Shown piece after piece: positions 1-8,598 of a DNA stretch of 18,831 nucleotides; within the stretch, counting starts at the first letter, position 1, and every line of letters starts with the position of its first letter. This stretch comes from Nitrospirota bacterium (GTDB lineage: Bacteria; Nitrospirota; JACRHJ01). The stretch covers positions 1 through 18,831 of the forward strand of contig CAWJRJ010000026.1 in NCBI GenBank assembly GCA_963845245.1, in the 5' to 3' direction. Both the position numbers and the translations under genes were made by a program. The notes below the pieces were generated by a model. That model saw only the letters and a list, made by a program, of their open reading frames with translations. It did no database searches and was not told the origin of the DNA.

Positions 1-27
1 ACGTCAGTCATTTGAAATCCTTTAACC

Positions 28-66
28 GTTCTTTTCTTTCAGAAGAAAGAAAAGAACCAAAAGAAA
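28..66. repeat. AT-rich palindromic element (13-bp perfect inverted repeat plus CAAAAGAAA tail)
   Basis: GTTCTTTTCTTTC (28-40) - AGAA - GAAAGAAAAGAAC (45-57), downstream of the E1 beta stop. Confidence 0.6.
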
Positions 67-107
67 GCCAAGTTAAAGTTCTTTGGTCGCCTCAAGAGGC
101 GGCGCTT

Positions 108-1089
108 TTAATACTCCGCCAGTTTCCGCGCCGCGTCCAGTACCTTCTGCTTGTTCGGCAGGATGTACTCCTCCATCGGCCCGGCGAACGCGTTGTGCGT
201 GTCCTTCGCGGCCACGCGCTTACAATCGGCGCATCGAGGTACTCGAAGGCGTTCTCCGCTATGATGGCCGCGACCTCGCCGCCTATGCCGCCGGTCAGCC
301 TGTCCTCATGGACGATCAGCACCTTGCCCGTCTTTCTGCGCGCATTCCAGTATCTTTGCCTTGTCGAGCGGCAGGAGCGTGCGAAGGTCCAGCACCTCGG
401 CCTGCACGCCCTCCTTCTCAAGCTCGGCCGCCGCCTCGAGGCAGAGGTACACGGCGGAGCCGTAGGTGATGAAGCAGATGTCGCGCCCCTCGCGCCGAAG
501 CGCCGCCTTGCCGATCGGCACGATGTAGCTGTGCCTCGGGCACGTCCTCCTTCACCCTCCGGTAGAGGAACTTGTGCTCGAAGTATATTACCGGGTCGTC
601 GTCCTGTATGGCCGCGATCAGAAGCCCCTTTGCGTCGAACGCGGTCGCGGGCGCGACAACCTTCAGCCCCGGCACGCGCGTGAACCATGCCTCGGGGTTC
701 TGCGAATGGAAAAGCCCGCCCCGTACACCGCTTCCGGACGGGCAGCGCACCACCATCGGGCATGCGGACTTGCCGCCGTGCCGATACCGGAACGTCGCCG
801 CCATGTTCACGACCTGGTCGAAGCCGCATGATATGAAATCGGCGAACTGCATCTCGGCCACAGGCCGTAGCCCTGTCACCGCCGCGCCGACGGCCGCGCC
901 GATAATCAACGACTCCGAAATCGGCGTGTCCAACACGCGCTCCGGGCCGAACTCTTCCTGCAACCCCTCAGTCGCAAGGAACGCGCCGCCCAGAATGCCT
1001 ATGTCCTCGCCCAGCAGGAAGACGTTCTCGTCCTGCCGCATGGCAATCCGTAGCGCGTCGTTTATCGCCTTTATGTAGGTCAGTTCCAT
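108..1089 (-). CDS. TPP-dependent 2-oxoacid dehydrogenase E1 beta subunit (PdhB/BkdA2 type), 3 apparent frameshifts
   Basis: Motifs [34 protein letters not shown]. Continues in other frames as [61 protein letters not shown] (108-110). Shifts near 530, 338, 220. Confidence 0.92.
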
Positions 1090-1092
1090 GTA

Positions 1093-2049
1093 TTACACCG
1101 GTGTCGCATAGAGGCCATCCATCGCCTCGGGGCCTTCAGGCTCCGGCGAGTTCTCGGCGAATTTCACCGCCTCGTCCACGACCGCCTTCACCTTCGCGAC
1201 CGTCTCCTCGATTACCTTCGGGAGGTCGTGCCCCTTCTTCTGCAGATAGAATTCAAACCGCTGGATGGGGTCGCGGGACTCCCACTCGATAAGCTCTTCC
1301 TTCTCGCGGTACTTGGCCGGGTCGTGCTCGCTGTGGCCCGACCACCGGTAGGTCTTGCACTCGATAAGCGTGGGGCCGCCGCCCGCCCTTGCAAGCTCGA
1401 CCGCCTCACCCACCTCGTGCATGACCGCGAACAGGTCGTTGCCGCTGCATACGTGGCCCTTGAAACCGTAACCCGCCGCGCGGTCCGCCACGTCCTCTAT
1501 CGCCATCTCGAGCGGCTGCGGCGTGGAAAATGCGTAGTAGTTGTTCTCGCAGATGAACACCACCGGCAGCTTCTGGACGCCCGCGAAGTTCATCGCCTCG
1601 TGCACGTCGCCGCGCGAGCTTGCGCCCTCGCCGAAGAACGAGACGGCGACATACGGTTCCTTTTTCATCTTGAACTTGAGCGCCGCGCCGCATGCGACAG
1701 GCAGCGAAGACGCGAGCATGGAGGTCGAGCCGAATATGCCAAGCTCAAGCAGGCCCGCGTGCAGGAACGAGTCGCGGCCGCCGGACATGCCGGTCTTCTT
1801 GCCCAGTATCTGGGCCATCAGGGTGTTCGGGTCGAGCCCCTTCACGAGGAACGCGCCGAGGTCTCTGTGAAGTGGGAAGATGATGTCTTCTTTTTTGAGG
1901 CCGTATACCGAGCCGACGATCAGCGCCTCCTGGCCGAGGCCGGAGTACACGCCGCCCGGTATCTTGCCCTGGTGGTGCATCTTGGAGAGCCTGTCTTCGA
2001 ACTCACGGACGAGGCGCAGGTAGTAGTATAGCTCTAGAGGTTTGTCCAT
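1093..2049 (-). CDS. TPP-dependent 2-oxoacid dehydrogenase E1 alpha subunit
   Basis: Intact 318 aa ORF with GQEA, TPP-binding motif FFGEGA..ENNYYA, and TYRWSGHSEHD. Confidence 0.95.
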   Translation of the reverse strand: MDKPLELYYYLRLVREFEDRLSKMHHQGKIPGGVYSGLGQEALIVGSVYGLKKEDIIFPLHRDLGAFLVKGLDPNTLMAQILGKKTGMSGGRDSFLHAGLLELGIFGSTSMLASSLPVACGAALKFKMKKEPYVAVSFFGEGASSRGDVHEAMNFAGVQKLPVVFICENNYYAFSTPQPLEMAIEDVADRAAGYGFKGHVCSGNDLFAVMHEVGEAVELARAGGGPTLIECKTYRWSGHSEHDPAKYREKEELIEWESRDPIQRFEFYLQKKGHDLPKVIEETVAKVKAVVDEAVKFAENSPEPEGPEAMDGLYATPV

Positions 2050-2052
2050 GTA

Positions 2053-2544
2053 TTATAGCTTGAAGCCTTTGTTGGCCTTCATGTAGGGTATCAGCCCGCC
2101 TGCATCCAGGATGTCCGTCATAACCGTCGGCAGCGGAGGGAATTTCAGCTCGATACCTTTCGTGATATCCCTGAGGATACCCTTTGCGAGGTCAAGCTCA
2201 AGTTCGTCTCCCTCGTCTATCTTGTCCGTGTCCACTACCACGGCAGGTAGGCCGATGTTAATGCAGTTGCGAAAGAATATACGCGCGAACGACTTCGCCG
2301 CCACGCATGAGGTCCCGGCCATCTTGATGACTGTGGGCGCGTGTTCGCGTGACGAGCCCATCCCGAAGTTCGCTCCCCCGACCACGAAGTCGCCCGGCTT
2401 CACGCCGGTGCGGAAATCGTCCCGGGCGTCCTCGAGCACATGCTTTGCAAGCTCCGGCAGGTTCGTGCGAAGGTAGGCGTACCTGCCAGCCGCGATAAGG
2501 TCCGTGCTGATATTGTCCCCAAACTTCCATGCCCTGCCGCTCAT
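2053..2544 (-). CDS. 3-isopropylmalate dehydratase/homoaconitase family small subunit (LeuD/HacB type)
   Basis: MSGRAWKFGDNISTD, NFGMGSSREHA, SFARIFFRNCINIGLP; ATG at 2544 overlaps the large-subunit TGA (ATGA). Confidence 0.92.
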   Translation of the reverse strand: MSGRAWKFGDNISTDLIAAGRYAYLRTNLPELAKHVLEDARDDFRTGVKPGDFVVGGANFGMGSSREHAPTVIKMAGTSCVAAKSFARIFFRNCINIGLPAVVVDTDKIDEGDELELDLAKGILRDITKGIELKFPPLPTVMTDILDAGGLIPYMKANKGFKL

Positions 2545-3801
2545 TGGTATTTCCTCGGGTCGGCAAGCCTGCCCTCGACTGCAGATGCCGCTACGGTCGC
2601 CGGCGACGCCAGATAAACGAACGAGGTCGGGTTGCCCATCCTGCCCATGAAGTTGCGGTTGATAGATGCGACGCAGTTTTCTCCGTCGCCCAGTATCCCA
2701 CCATGCCCGCCGGGGCACGCCCCGCAGCCCGGGCTGCTTATCACGCCTCCGGCATCAAGGAAGATGTCCGAGAGGCCGGACTGGAAAAGCTTGCGGTATA
2801 CGGTCTTCGTGCCGGGCGTTATCACCAGCCTGGTGCCCGGTGCGGTATGCCTGCCCTTCAGTATCTTGGCCGCGGCCTCGAAGTCCTCGAAATATCCGTT
2901 TGTCGTTGAACCGAGGTATGCCTGTTGTATGGAGACCGTGCTGCAGTCCGGGTGCGTGATGGGCCTGTAGTTGTCCACCATGTGCGGGAACGCGACACCC
3001 GGCACAAGCTTTGACGCATCGATCCCGACCACCTGCTTGTAGTTTGCGCCGAAGTCCGCCTTTATCTCCTTGTAGTCCCATTCGTGGCCGTGCTCCTTCA
3101 GCCAGTCGAGCGTATGGCTGTCGCTCTCGAACAGGCCGCATTTCGCGCCGCATTCCACCGCCATCGACGCCATCGTGACCCGCGCCGGTATGCTCATCTT
3201 CTCCACCGTATCGCCGTGGAACTCAAGCGACATGTATGTTGCGCCCGCCGCGCCCAGCTGGCCGATGAGGTAAAGTATCGCATCCTTCGAGTATACGCCC
3301 GGCTGAAAAAGACCGGTAACGTTCACCCTTATCGTCTCGGGCACCAGCATCCAGGTCTCGCCTGTTGCCATCGCAACGCCGACGTCGGTTGAGCCCATGC
3401 CGGTCGCGAACGCGCCGAGCGCCCCGCCCTGGCAGGTGTGCGAGTCCGCGCCCGACCATAAGCATGCCGGGTGATGTCACCCTCTCGCCCAGCACAAGGT
3501 GCGACACGCCCTCGCCTATGTCGAACAGCAGGCAGCCGGACTTCTTCGCATAATCCCGAAGCTTCGTATGCCCGGTCGAGATCTCTTTGACATAGGACGG
3601 CGAGGCGTGGTCTATGAATACGGCGACGCGTCCGGGTGTTTTTGCAAGGCCGGCGCCAAGCTCCATTATCTTGTCCACGGTCAGGGGCCCGGTCCAGTCC
3701 TGCACGTAGGCAAAGTCCACCTTCACCACGGTCAGCTCCCCGGCCCGGACCTCACGCGCGGAATGCATGTTGATCAGCTTTTCGGCCAATGTCATCGGCA
3801 T
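2541..3801 (-). CDS. 3-isopropylmalate dehydratase/homoaconitase family large subunit (LeuC/HacA type), one +1 frameshift near 3452, atypical Fe-S motif
   Basis: MTLAEKLI, FIDH, GADSHTC (restored by removing one G), ATGMGSTDV, CGAC, NRNFMGRMG, YLASPATVAASA; GGAGG SD upstream. Confidence 0.9.
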
Positions 3802-3811
3802 GTGAAGCCTC

Positions 3812-4406
3812 CTACATACCCCCGGTTACATACTTTACCCGCTCGTTCACCACGTCCCAGTTTATGTTCTGGAAGAAGGCGTCAAGGTATGCGGCCCTCT
3901 TTACGCCGTAGTCTATCATGTAGGCATGCTCGTATACGTCCAGGACCAGCAGGTTCGCGGTGTTGCAGACACTGCCCTTGTCGTGCACGTCCATCGAGTA
4001 GTTGTGGATGCTCATGTCGTTGAAGCTGTATGCCATAACGACCCAGCCGCGCGCTGCCATTGCCGGCCGCCCTGAAGTCTGCAAGCCATTTGTCGAAGCT
4101 GCCCCACTTGGCATTTATCATCTCGGCCACCTTGCCGGTGGCCGGGCCGCCGCTGCCGCCCAGGTTCCCGAAATAGGCCTCGTGCAGGAATACGCCGTTC
4201 GTGGCGAATATCTCCTGGCGCTTCAGCTCGCCAAGCGGCGAGTAGGTCGGGTTTGTGCCCTCGGTGGACGCCTTCTTTATCTCGTCTTCTATGAGGTTAA
4301 GCTTCGCTACATAGCCCGCGTACAGGGTGTCCCTGTGCTGCTGAAGCTGGTTGTCGGATATGCCTTTTAGTTTTCCTTCGAGTTTGAATTCCTTTGCCTG
4401 ATGCAT
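3812..4406 (-). CDS. Fe/Mn superoxide dismutase family protein, one +1 frameshift near 4060
   Basis: Metal ligands in QQHRDTLY, NGVFLHEAYF, DVYEHAY; C-terminal NINWDVV; GGAGG SD upstream of ATG 4406. Confidence 0.9.
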
Positions 4407-4563
4407 ATATTCCTCCCTTTTCCCTAAAGTGTCAGCCGATTCTGCATCAATAATATTTGGAAAGTATACCAGATTCCGGATATCTGTCAATTTTTAAAGC
4501 CTTTTTAGACGGTTATAAACTTGCATGAAATCTTGGTTTAATTGGTAGAATATATGATTATGC

Positions 4564-5689
4564 ATGAGAATCAACCTCGAAGAGATAATCCGGGAAGAGA
4601 TACGCACGGCAGGGCCGATCACCTTTGCCCGGTTCATGGAGCTTGCGCTCTACCACCCCGAGTACGGCTACTACGGCTCCGGCAGGGCGAATATCGGCAA
4701 ACGCGGCGACTTCTACACGAACTCGCACGCGACGGCCATTTACGGGCGGATGCTCGCGGAGGTCGCTACTCGCGCTGTCGTCTTCCATCGGGAACGGTTG
4801 CACCTTCGTTGAGATGGGCGCGGGCGAGGGCCTTTTCGCAACTGACTTCCTTGGACACCTGGACCGCTACCACAAGGGGCACGACATAAGATACGTCATA
4901 ATCGAGAACTCTCCGGGCATGGAGGCAAAGCAGCGTGAGCGGTTGGGCGATTATGCCAAGAGGATAAACTGGTACAGGTCGGTGGAGGATATACCTGGAC
5001 CGATAGAGGGGATATTCTTCTCGAACGAGCTACTGGACGCCTTCCCGTTTCATATGGTAAAGCAGGAGCCTGACATCCTCAAAGAGGTGTACATAGCCAA
5101 CCGTAACGGGGACTTGACTAACGAGCTGGGCAACTTATCCACAGGGCTTATCCCCAGGTACTACAACAGGCTTCAGATGCGGCTTGAGCCTGGTATGACC
5201 ACCGAGGTCAACCTTCTGGCCCTGGACTGGGTGCGGGACGTCTCACAGAAGCTCAGGAAAGGGTATGTAATAACGGTGGATTACGGCTACCCTGCGCGCG
5301 AGTACTATTCCCCTTCAAGGCCGAAGGGGACGTTCCTTTGCTACCACGAACACAGGACATCAGAGGACCCGCTGTCGAACATCGGGGAGCAGGACATCAC
5401 GGCGCACGTGGACTTCACCTCGGTCTCTATGGCAGGCAAGTACGAGGGCCTTCAAACGCTGCTCTTCACGTACCAGTCGCCATTCCTGATCAAGGCGGCT
5501 ACCCTGCTGGAGGCTGCGCTTACTGGCGCGGAGCAGGAAGAGATGGCGGCTGTCGCGTCCGGCATCCGAAACCTCATCCACCCCGAGCTTCTGGGGGGCA
5601 CCTTCATGGTGCTTGTGCAGGGGAAGGGCGTCTCGGCTGAAGGCACGATTCTGGATGGGATAAGGGACTACTCGGACCGTCTCCTTTAA
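4564..5689 (+). CDS. SAM-dependent methyltransferase, MidA/NDUFAF7 family, one +1 frameshift near 4765
   Basis: GPITFARFMELALYHPEYGYY, GDFYT, EMGAGEG, SNELLDAFP, VDYGY, GEQDITAHVDF. Confidence 0.92.
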
Positions 5690-6418
5690 CGCCCGTTCAC
5701 GGCACGGTAGTATATCGTATTTGCTCCCTGGTATGTCTTGCCTTTGAAATCCAACCTGTTCGACCACTTAACCGACCCGAACCCGGCATACTCCAGCATC
5801 GTGACGATCTCCGGTATCTTGTAGCATTGCACCTCTATCGCCTGGGTGAAGGACTCGTTCACGAAGTGGCCCTTCAAGAGCACCGTGCCCTTGTCCTCCT
5901 TAAGCTCCCTCTCCCACGTGACATATATCTCGTCGTCCGTTCCGCGCTCTATCACGTTCTTCAAGGAATGGAGTCGCCCAGTATATCGTGTTGAAGGTGA
6001 AGATGCCGCCGGGCGCGAGGTTGCGCCGCACCTTGTCGAAAAGCGGGATCAGGCTGTGCCTGCCCAGGTGCGATATGGTATTGCCGAGGCTGATTACCAG
6101 GTCCTGGATGCCGTATTTGTGGAACTGCTCGTTTTCGATGTCGGCAACATCGAACCGCACGTTCTCTTTCCCATGGGCCTTCGACTTCGCGTGGTCTATG
6201 GCAGACTCGGACTTGTCGAGGCCTATGACCTTGTGGCCCAACTCGGCGAGCCTCACTGCATGGAGCCCTGTCCCGCAGCCCAGGTCGAGTATATGCGCGT
6301 CCGGCTTCTTAAACCACGTCAGGATCTCGTTTACCTCTTCCCCGTCCTCGCCGTGGGAGTAATGCACACGCTCGTAAACGTCTATTTTTTCGTTGTAAAG
6401 GCTTACCGCTACACCCAT
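5686..6418 (-). CDS. Class I SAM-dependent methyltransferase, one +1 frameshift near 5965
   Basis: ILDLGCGTG, GLDKS, NLAPGGIF; continues in ORF 5686..5964; stop overlaps the convergent gene stop (TTAA). Confidence 0.85.
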
Positions 6419-6546
6419 ATTACTGCCCCTCCCTCGATATATCGGTTATAAATCATGCGTATTTAAGTTTAGCCGACAGGCCGGAAATTGTCAAAAATCT
6501 GCTTTAACCAAAAAGTAAATATCATTCGACCTCAACAAATAAAAAT

Positions 6547-6562
6547 TGTTCCACGTGGAACA
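6547..6562. promoter_or_regulatory. parS: parS centromere-like ParB binding site
   Basis: Perfect 16-bp palindrome TGTTCCACGTGGAACA matching the chromosomal parS consensus TGTT(T/C)CACGTG(A/G)AACA; intergenic. Confidence 0.88.
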
Positions 6563-6871
6563 TTGGCGTATTTCTTTTTGATTATATGGCCTTGCCTTAG
6601 TTTCGGCCCCTCCCGCCCTCATGGCCTGCATCACATAAGCCTTTGATTGCAAACAATATTTAACCCCGAAACTCATGTTCAAATTCGTGCATTTTTCGGC
6701 CGTTTCCCGTAAAATTCCCGCAAAAAAGCCCCCAAATCTGATACGTTTTTGGAGGCGTTTTCCGTTTATTAAACTATCTTGACTGCGGAGGAAGGATATA
6801 ACCTGTGCATCGCTTCCCAGTCTGTCATTCCTACCATAGCGGAGGGATCCACCGTTAAGTTTTATTGTCCC

Positions 6872-6899
6872 TTGATTTACTCATACTTAACTGTATAAT
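6872..6899 (+). promoter_or_regulatory. Putative sigma70 promoter
   Basis: TTGATT-N16-TATAAT upstream of the gene at 6971. Confidence 0.5.
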
Positions 6900-6970
6900 A
6901 CTCACAGCTAGAGCCAAGCAGTCGATTATTGACATTCCAATCCGGAATTTCAAAACATAAGGAGGGGACC

Positions 6971-7210
6971 ATGATAAGAAGAGTTGCGATCCGAGCCGCT
7001 TTCTTGTTATTGATTCTTGCCTCAGTTGCCATCGTCGCCCATGCCGCTACTTATGTCGGCAGCAAAAAATCCAACAAGTATCATTACCCATCGTGCGTGT
7101 GGGCGCAACGGATAAAGCCCGCCAACTTAGTTGTTTTTGATAACGCTAAAGATGCACGTGCGGCAGGGTATGTACCTTGCAAGGTTTGCAACCCGCCACC
7201 AGCGGATTGA
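6971..7210 (+). CDS. Small exported protein with Ada-like metal-binding domain
   Basis: SD AAGGAGG; signal peptide ending AHA; YVGSKKSNKYHYPSC...ARAAGYVPCKVCNP. Confidence 0.82.
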   Translation: MIRRVAIRAAFLLLILASVAIVAHAATYVGSKKSNKYHYPSCVWAQRIKPANLVVFDNAKDARAAGYVPCKVCNPPPAD

Positions 7211-7271
7211 TAGGTTTCGACACGAGTAATAGAAAATATGATATTTGCCGCTATTTATTCCCCGCTCACTC

Positions 7272-7300
7272 TTGACATTCTCACATTATTCATGTAGCTT
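7272..7300 (+). promoter_or_regulatory. Putative sigma70 promoter
   Basis: TTGACA-N17-TAGCTT. Confidence 0.6.
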
Positions 7301-7377
7301 AATCACGGATATGGTAGGTGGACGAAATCCACTGCCAGCGGATGAAAACCCGAAGTAACTCTCGAAAGGAGTAAAAC

Positions 7378-7875
7378 ATGCAAAAGTATTCTGATTTTTT
7401 CAAAACCCTCCATGATGAACAAAACCCCACGGGCTATTTAGGTCGAGGAACTCACTATTCGGTGCTTCGCGCAGTAGTATGGCACGATAAATTCGGTCAA
7501 CCTTTGCAAAATGCTCATTATTTGGATTATGCTATTATATGGGATGAAGACCATGATATTAGAGTGGTCGAAGTGCTTGAAAATATGTATTTTAAGGGGT
7601 TACTGTCATCGGTGACTTTTGTTGGTGAACGAAAAGGCTGTTTTTCTGCCATTCTTGATGATGCTGTTATCAGGAAATTCTCTGACAGTCAACTTCATTC
7701 TTACCAAGACTTACTGCAAGATATGACCCGATCAATAGATGATGATTATTGGTCTGCAAGTGTGACATCCGTTGAAGATAGTGGAATTATCAACGCTGAA
7801 ATGCAGAAGGTGTCCCAATATCTTTCTACCCTAAAGATGCTTTGGGACCTCGGGGTGAAACCAGTAAAGATTTGA
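7378..7875 (+). CDS. Hypothetical protein, 165 aa, AT-rich codon usage
   Basis: Clean ORF with AAGGAG SD, own promoter and downstream terminator; no family recognised. Confidence 0.75.
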   Translation: MQKYSDFFKTLHDEQNPTGYLGRGTHYSVLRAVVWHDKFGQPLQNAHYLDYAIIWDEDHDIRVVEVLENMYFKGLLSSVTFVGERKGCFSAILDDAVIRKFSDSQLHSYQDLLQDMTRSIDDDYWSASVTSVEDSGIINAEMQKVSQYLSTLKMLWDLGVKPVKI

Positions 7876-7896
7876 AGTATAAATAAATGGTCCTGT

Positions 7897-7932
7897 ATAA
7901 AAAAGGGGACCCACGCGGGTTCCCTTTTTTAT
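7897..7932. terminator. Bidirectional intrinsic terminator
   Basis: ATAAAAAAGGGGACCC-ACGC-GGGTTCCCTTTTTTAT. Confidence 0.85.
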
Positions 7933-7949
7933 TCCCACCCATCTTCTAT

Positions 7950-7980
7950 TTGTGTTACAATGTATTAAAATGTAACACAA
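7950..7980 (+). promoter_or_regulatory. TA promoter/operator inverted repeat
   Basis: TTGTGTTACA-N11-TGTAACACAA overlapping an extended -10 TGtTACAAT, directly before the antitoxin SD. Confidence 0.7.
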
Positions 7981-7994
7981 GGGAGGTTATCGCA

Positions 7995-8273
7995 ATGGGC
8001 AGCACAACACTGACTATACGGATGGACGAGCAGACGAAAGAGAGGCTCGACAGCTTCGCCAGGTCTCTTGCCCGCAGCAAGTCCTATATCGTCGCCCACG
8101 CCATTGAGGAATACCTTGAAATTAACGAATGGCAGGTACGCGAAATTATGGCGGGCATGCGCGAGGCGGACACTGGCAGGCTGGTAGAACACGACAAGGT
8201 AAAGGCGAAGTGGGAGGCAAAGCTTGCGGGTTCGCTGGACAAGAGGCGCGGAAAAAAATCTGGACGAGATTGA
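7995..8273 (+). CDS. Ribbon-helix-helix (CopG-like) antitoxin
   Basis: SD GGAGG; MGSTTLTIRMDEQTKERLDSFARSLARSKSYIVAHAIEEYL; overlaps the toxin start. Confidence 0.88.
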   Translation: MGSTTLTIRMDEQTKERLDSFARSLARSKSYIVAHAIEEYLEINEWQVREIMAGMREADTGRLVEHDKVKAKWEAKLAGSLDKRRGKKSGRD

Positions 8274-8508
8274 ATCGTACGTCGCCCGGGACAAGCCCGG
8301 CGCGGCTGTTGAAACCGTCCTTCTGGTTATCGATACTGTCGGTCTCCTCGCGGATAACCCTGCAATGGGAAGGCCCGGAAGGGTGGAGGGGACGCGTGAA
8401 CTGATAATACCCGGCACACCATTCATAGTACCATACAGGGTACGAAACAACGTCGTGGAAGTCCTGCGGGTATTCCACCATTCAAGAATATGGCCGAACA
8501 AATTATAA
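8224..8508 (+). CDS. Type II toxin, RelE/ParE family
   Basis: TTG start with GGAGG; RVRWTRGAEKNLDEI...NPAMGRPGRVEGTREL...YRVRNNVVEVLRVFH. Confidence 0.9.
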   Translation: MRVRWTRGAEKNLDEIESYVARDKPGAAVETVLLVIDTVGLLADNPAMGRPGRVEGTRELIIPGTPFIVPYRVRNNVVEVLRVFHHSRIWPNKL

Positions 8509-8512
8509 AAAT

Positions 8513-8538
8513 AATGGGGACCCTTTCGGGTCCCCGTT
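8513..8538. terminator. Hairpin terminator between convergent genes
   Basis: AATGGGGACCC-TTTC-GGGTCCCCGTT. Confidence 0.7.
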
Positions 8539-8571
8539 TAGTTGATTCATAACTCCCCCAGGGTGGGGGCT

Positions 8572-8598
8572 GTAGGGGCCGTACCCGCGTGTCGGCCC
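8572..8598 (+). repeat. GTAG-type REP element
   Basis: GTAG foot followed by palindrome GGGCCG(T)AC-CCGCGT-GTCGGCCC. Confidence 0.65.

Noticed and set aside
7312..7372. Hammerhead ribozyme or SAM-I riboswitch identity for the leader
   Set aside because: CGGATGA is not the CUGAnGA core and the stems do not fit; the SAM-I AUC..GAG/GCAAC elements are missing
6900..8540. Integron cassette array
   Set aside because: No attC-like RYYYAAC/GTTRRRY pairs seen, and the genes have their own promoters and terminators
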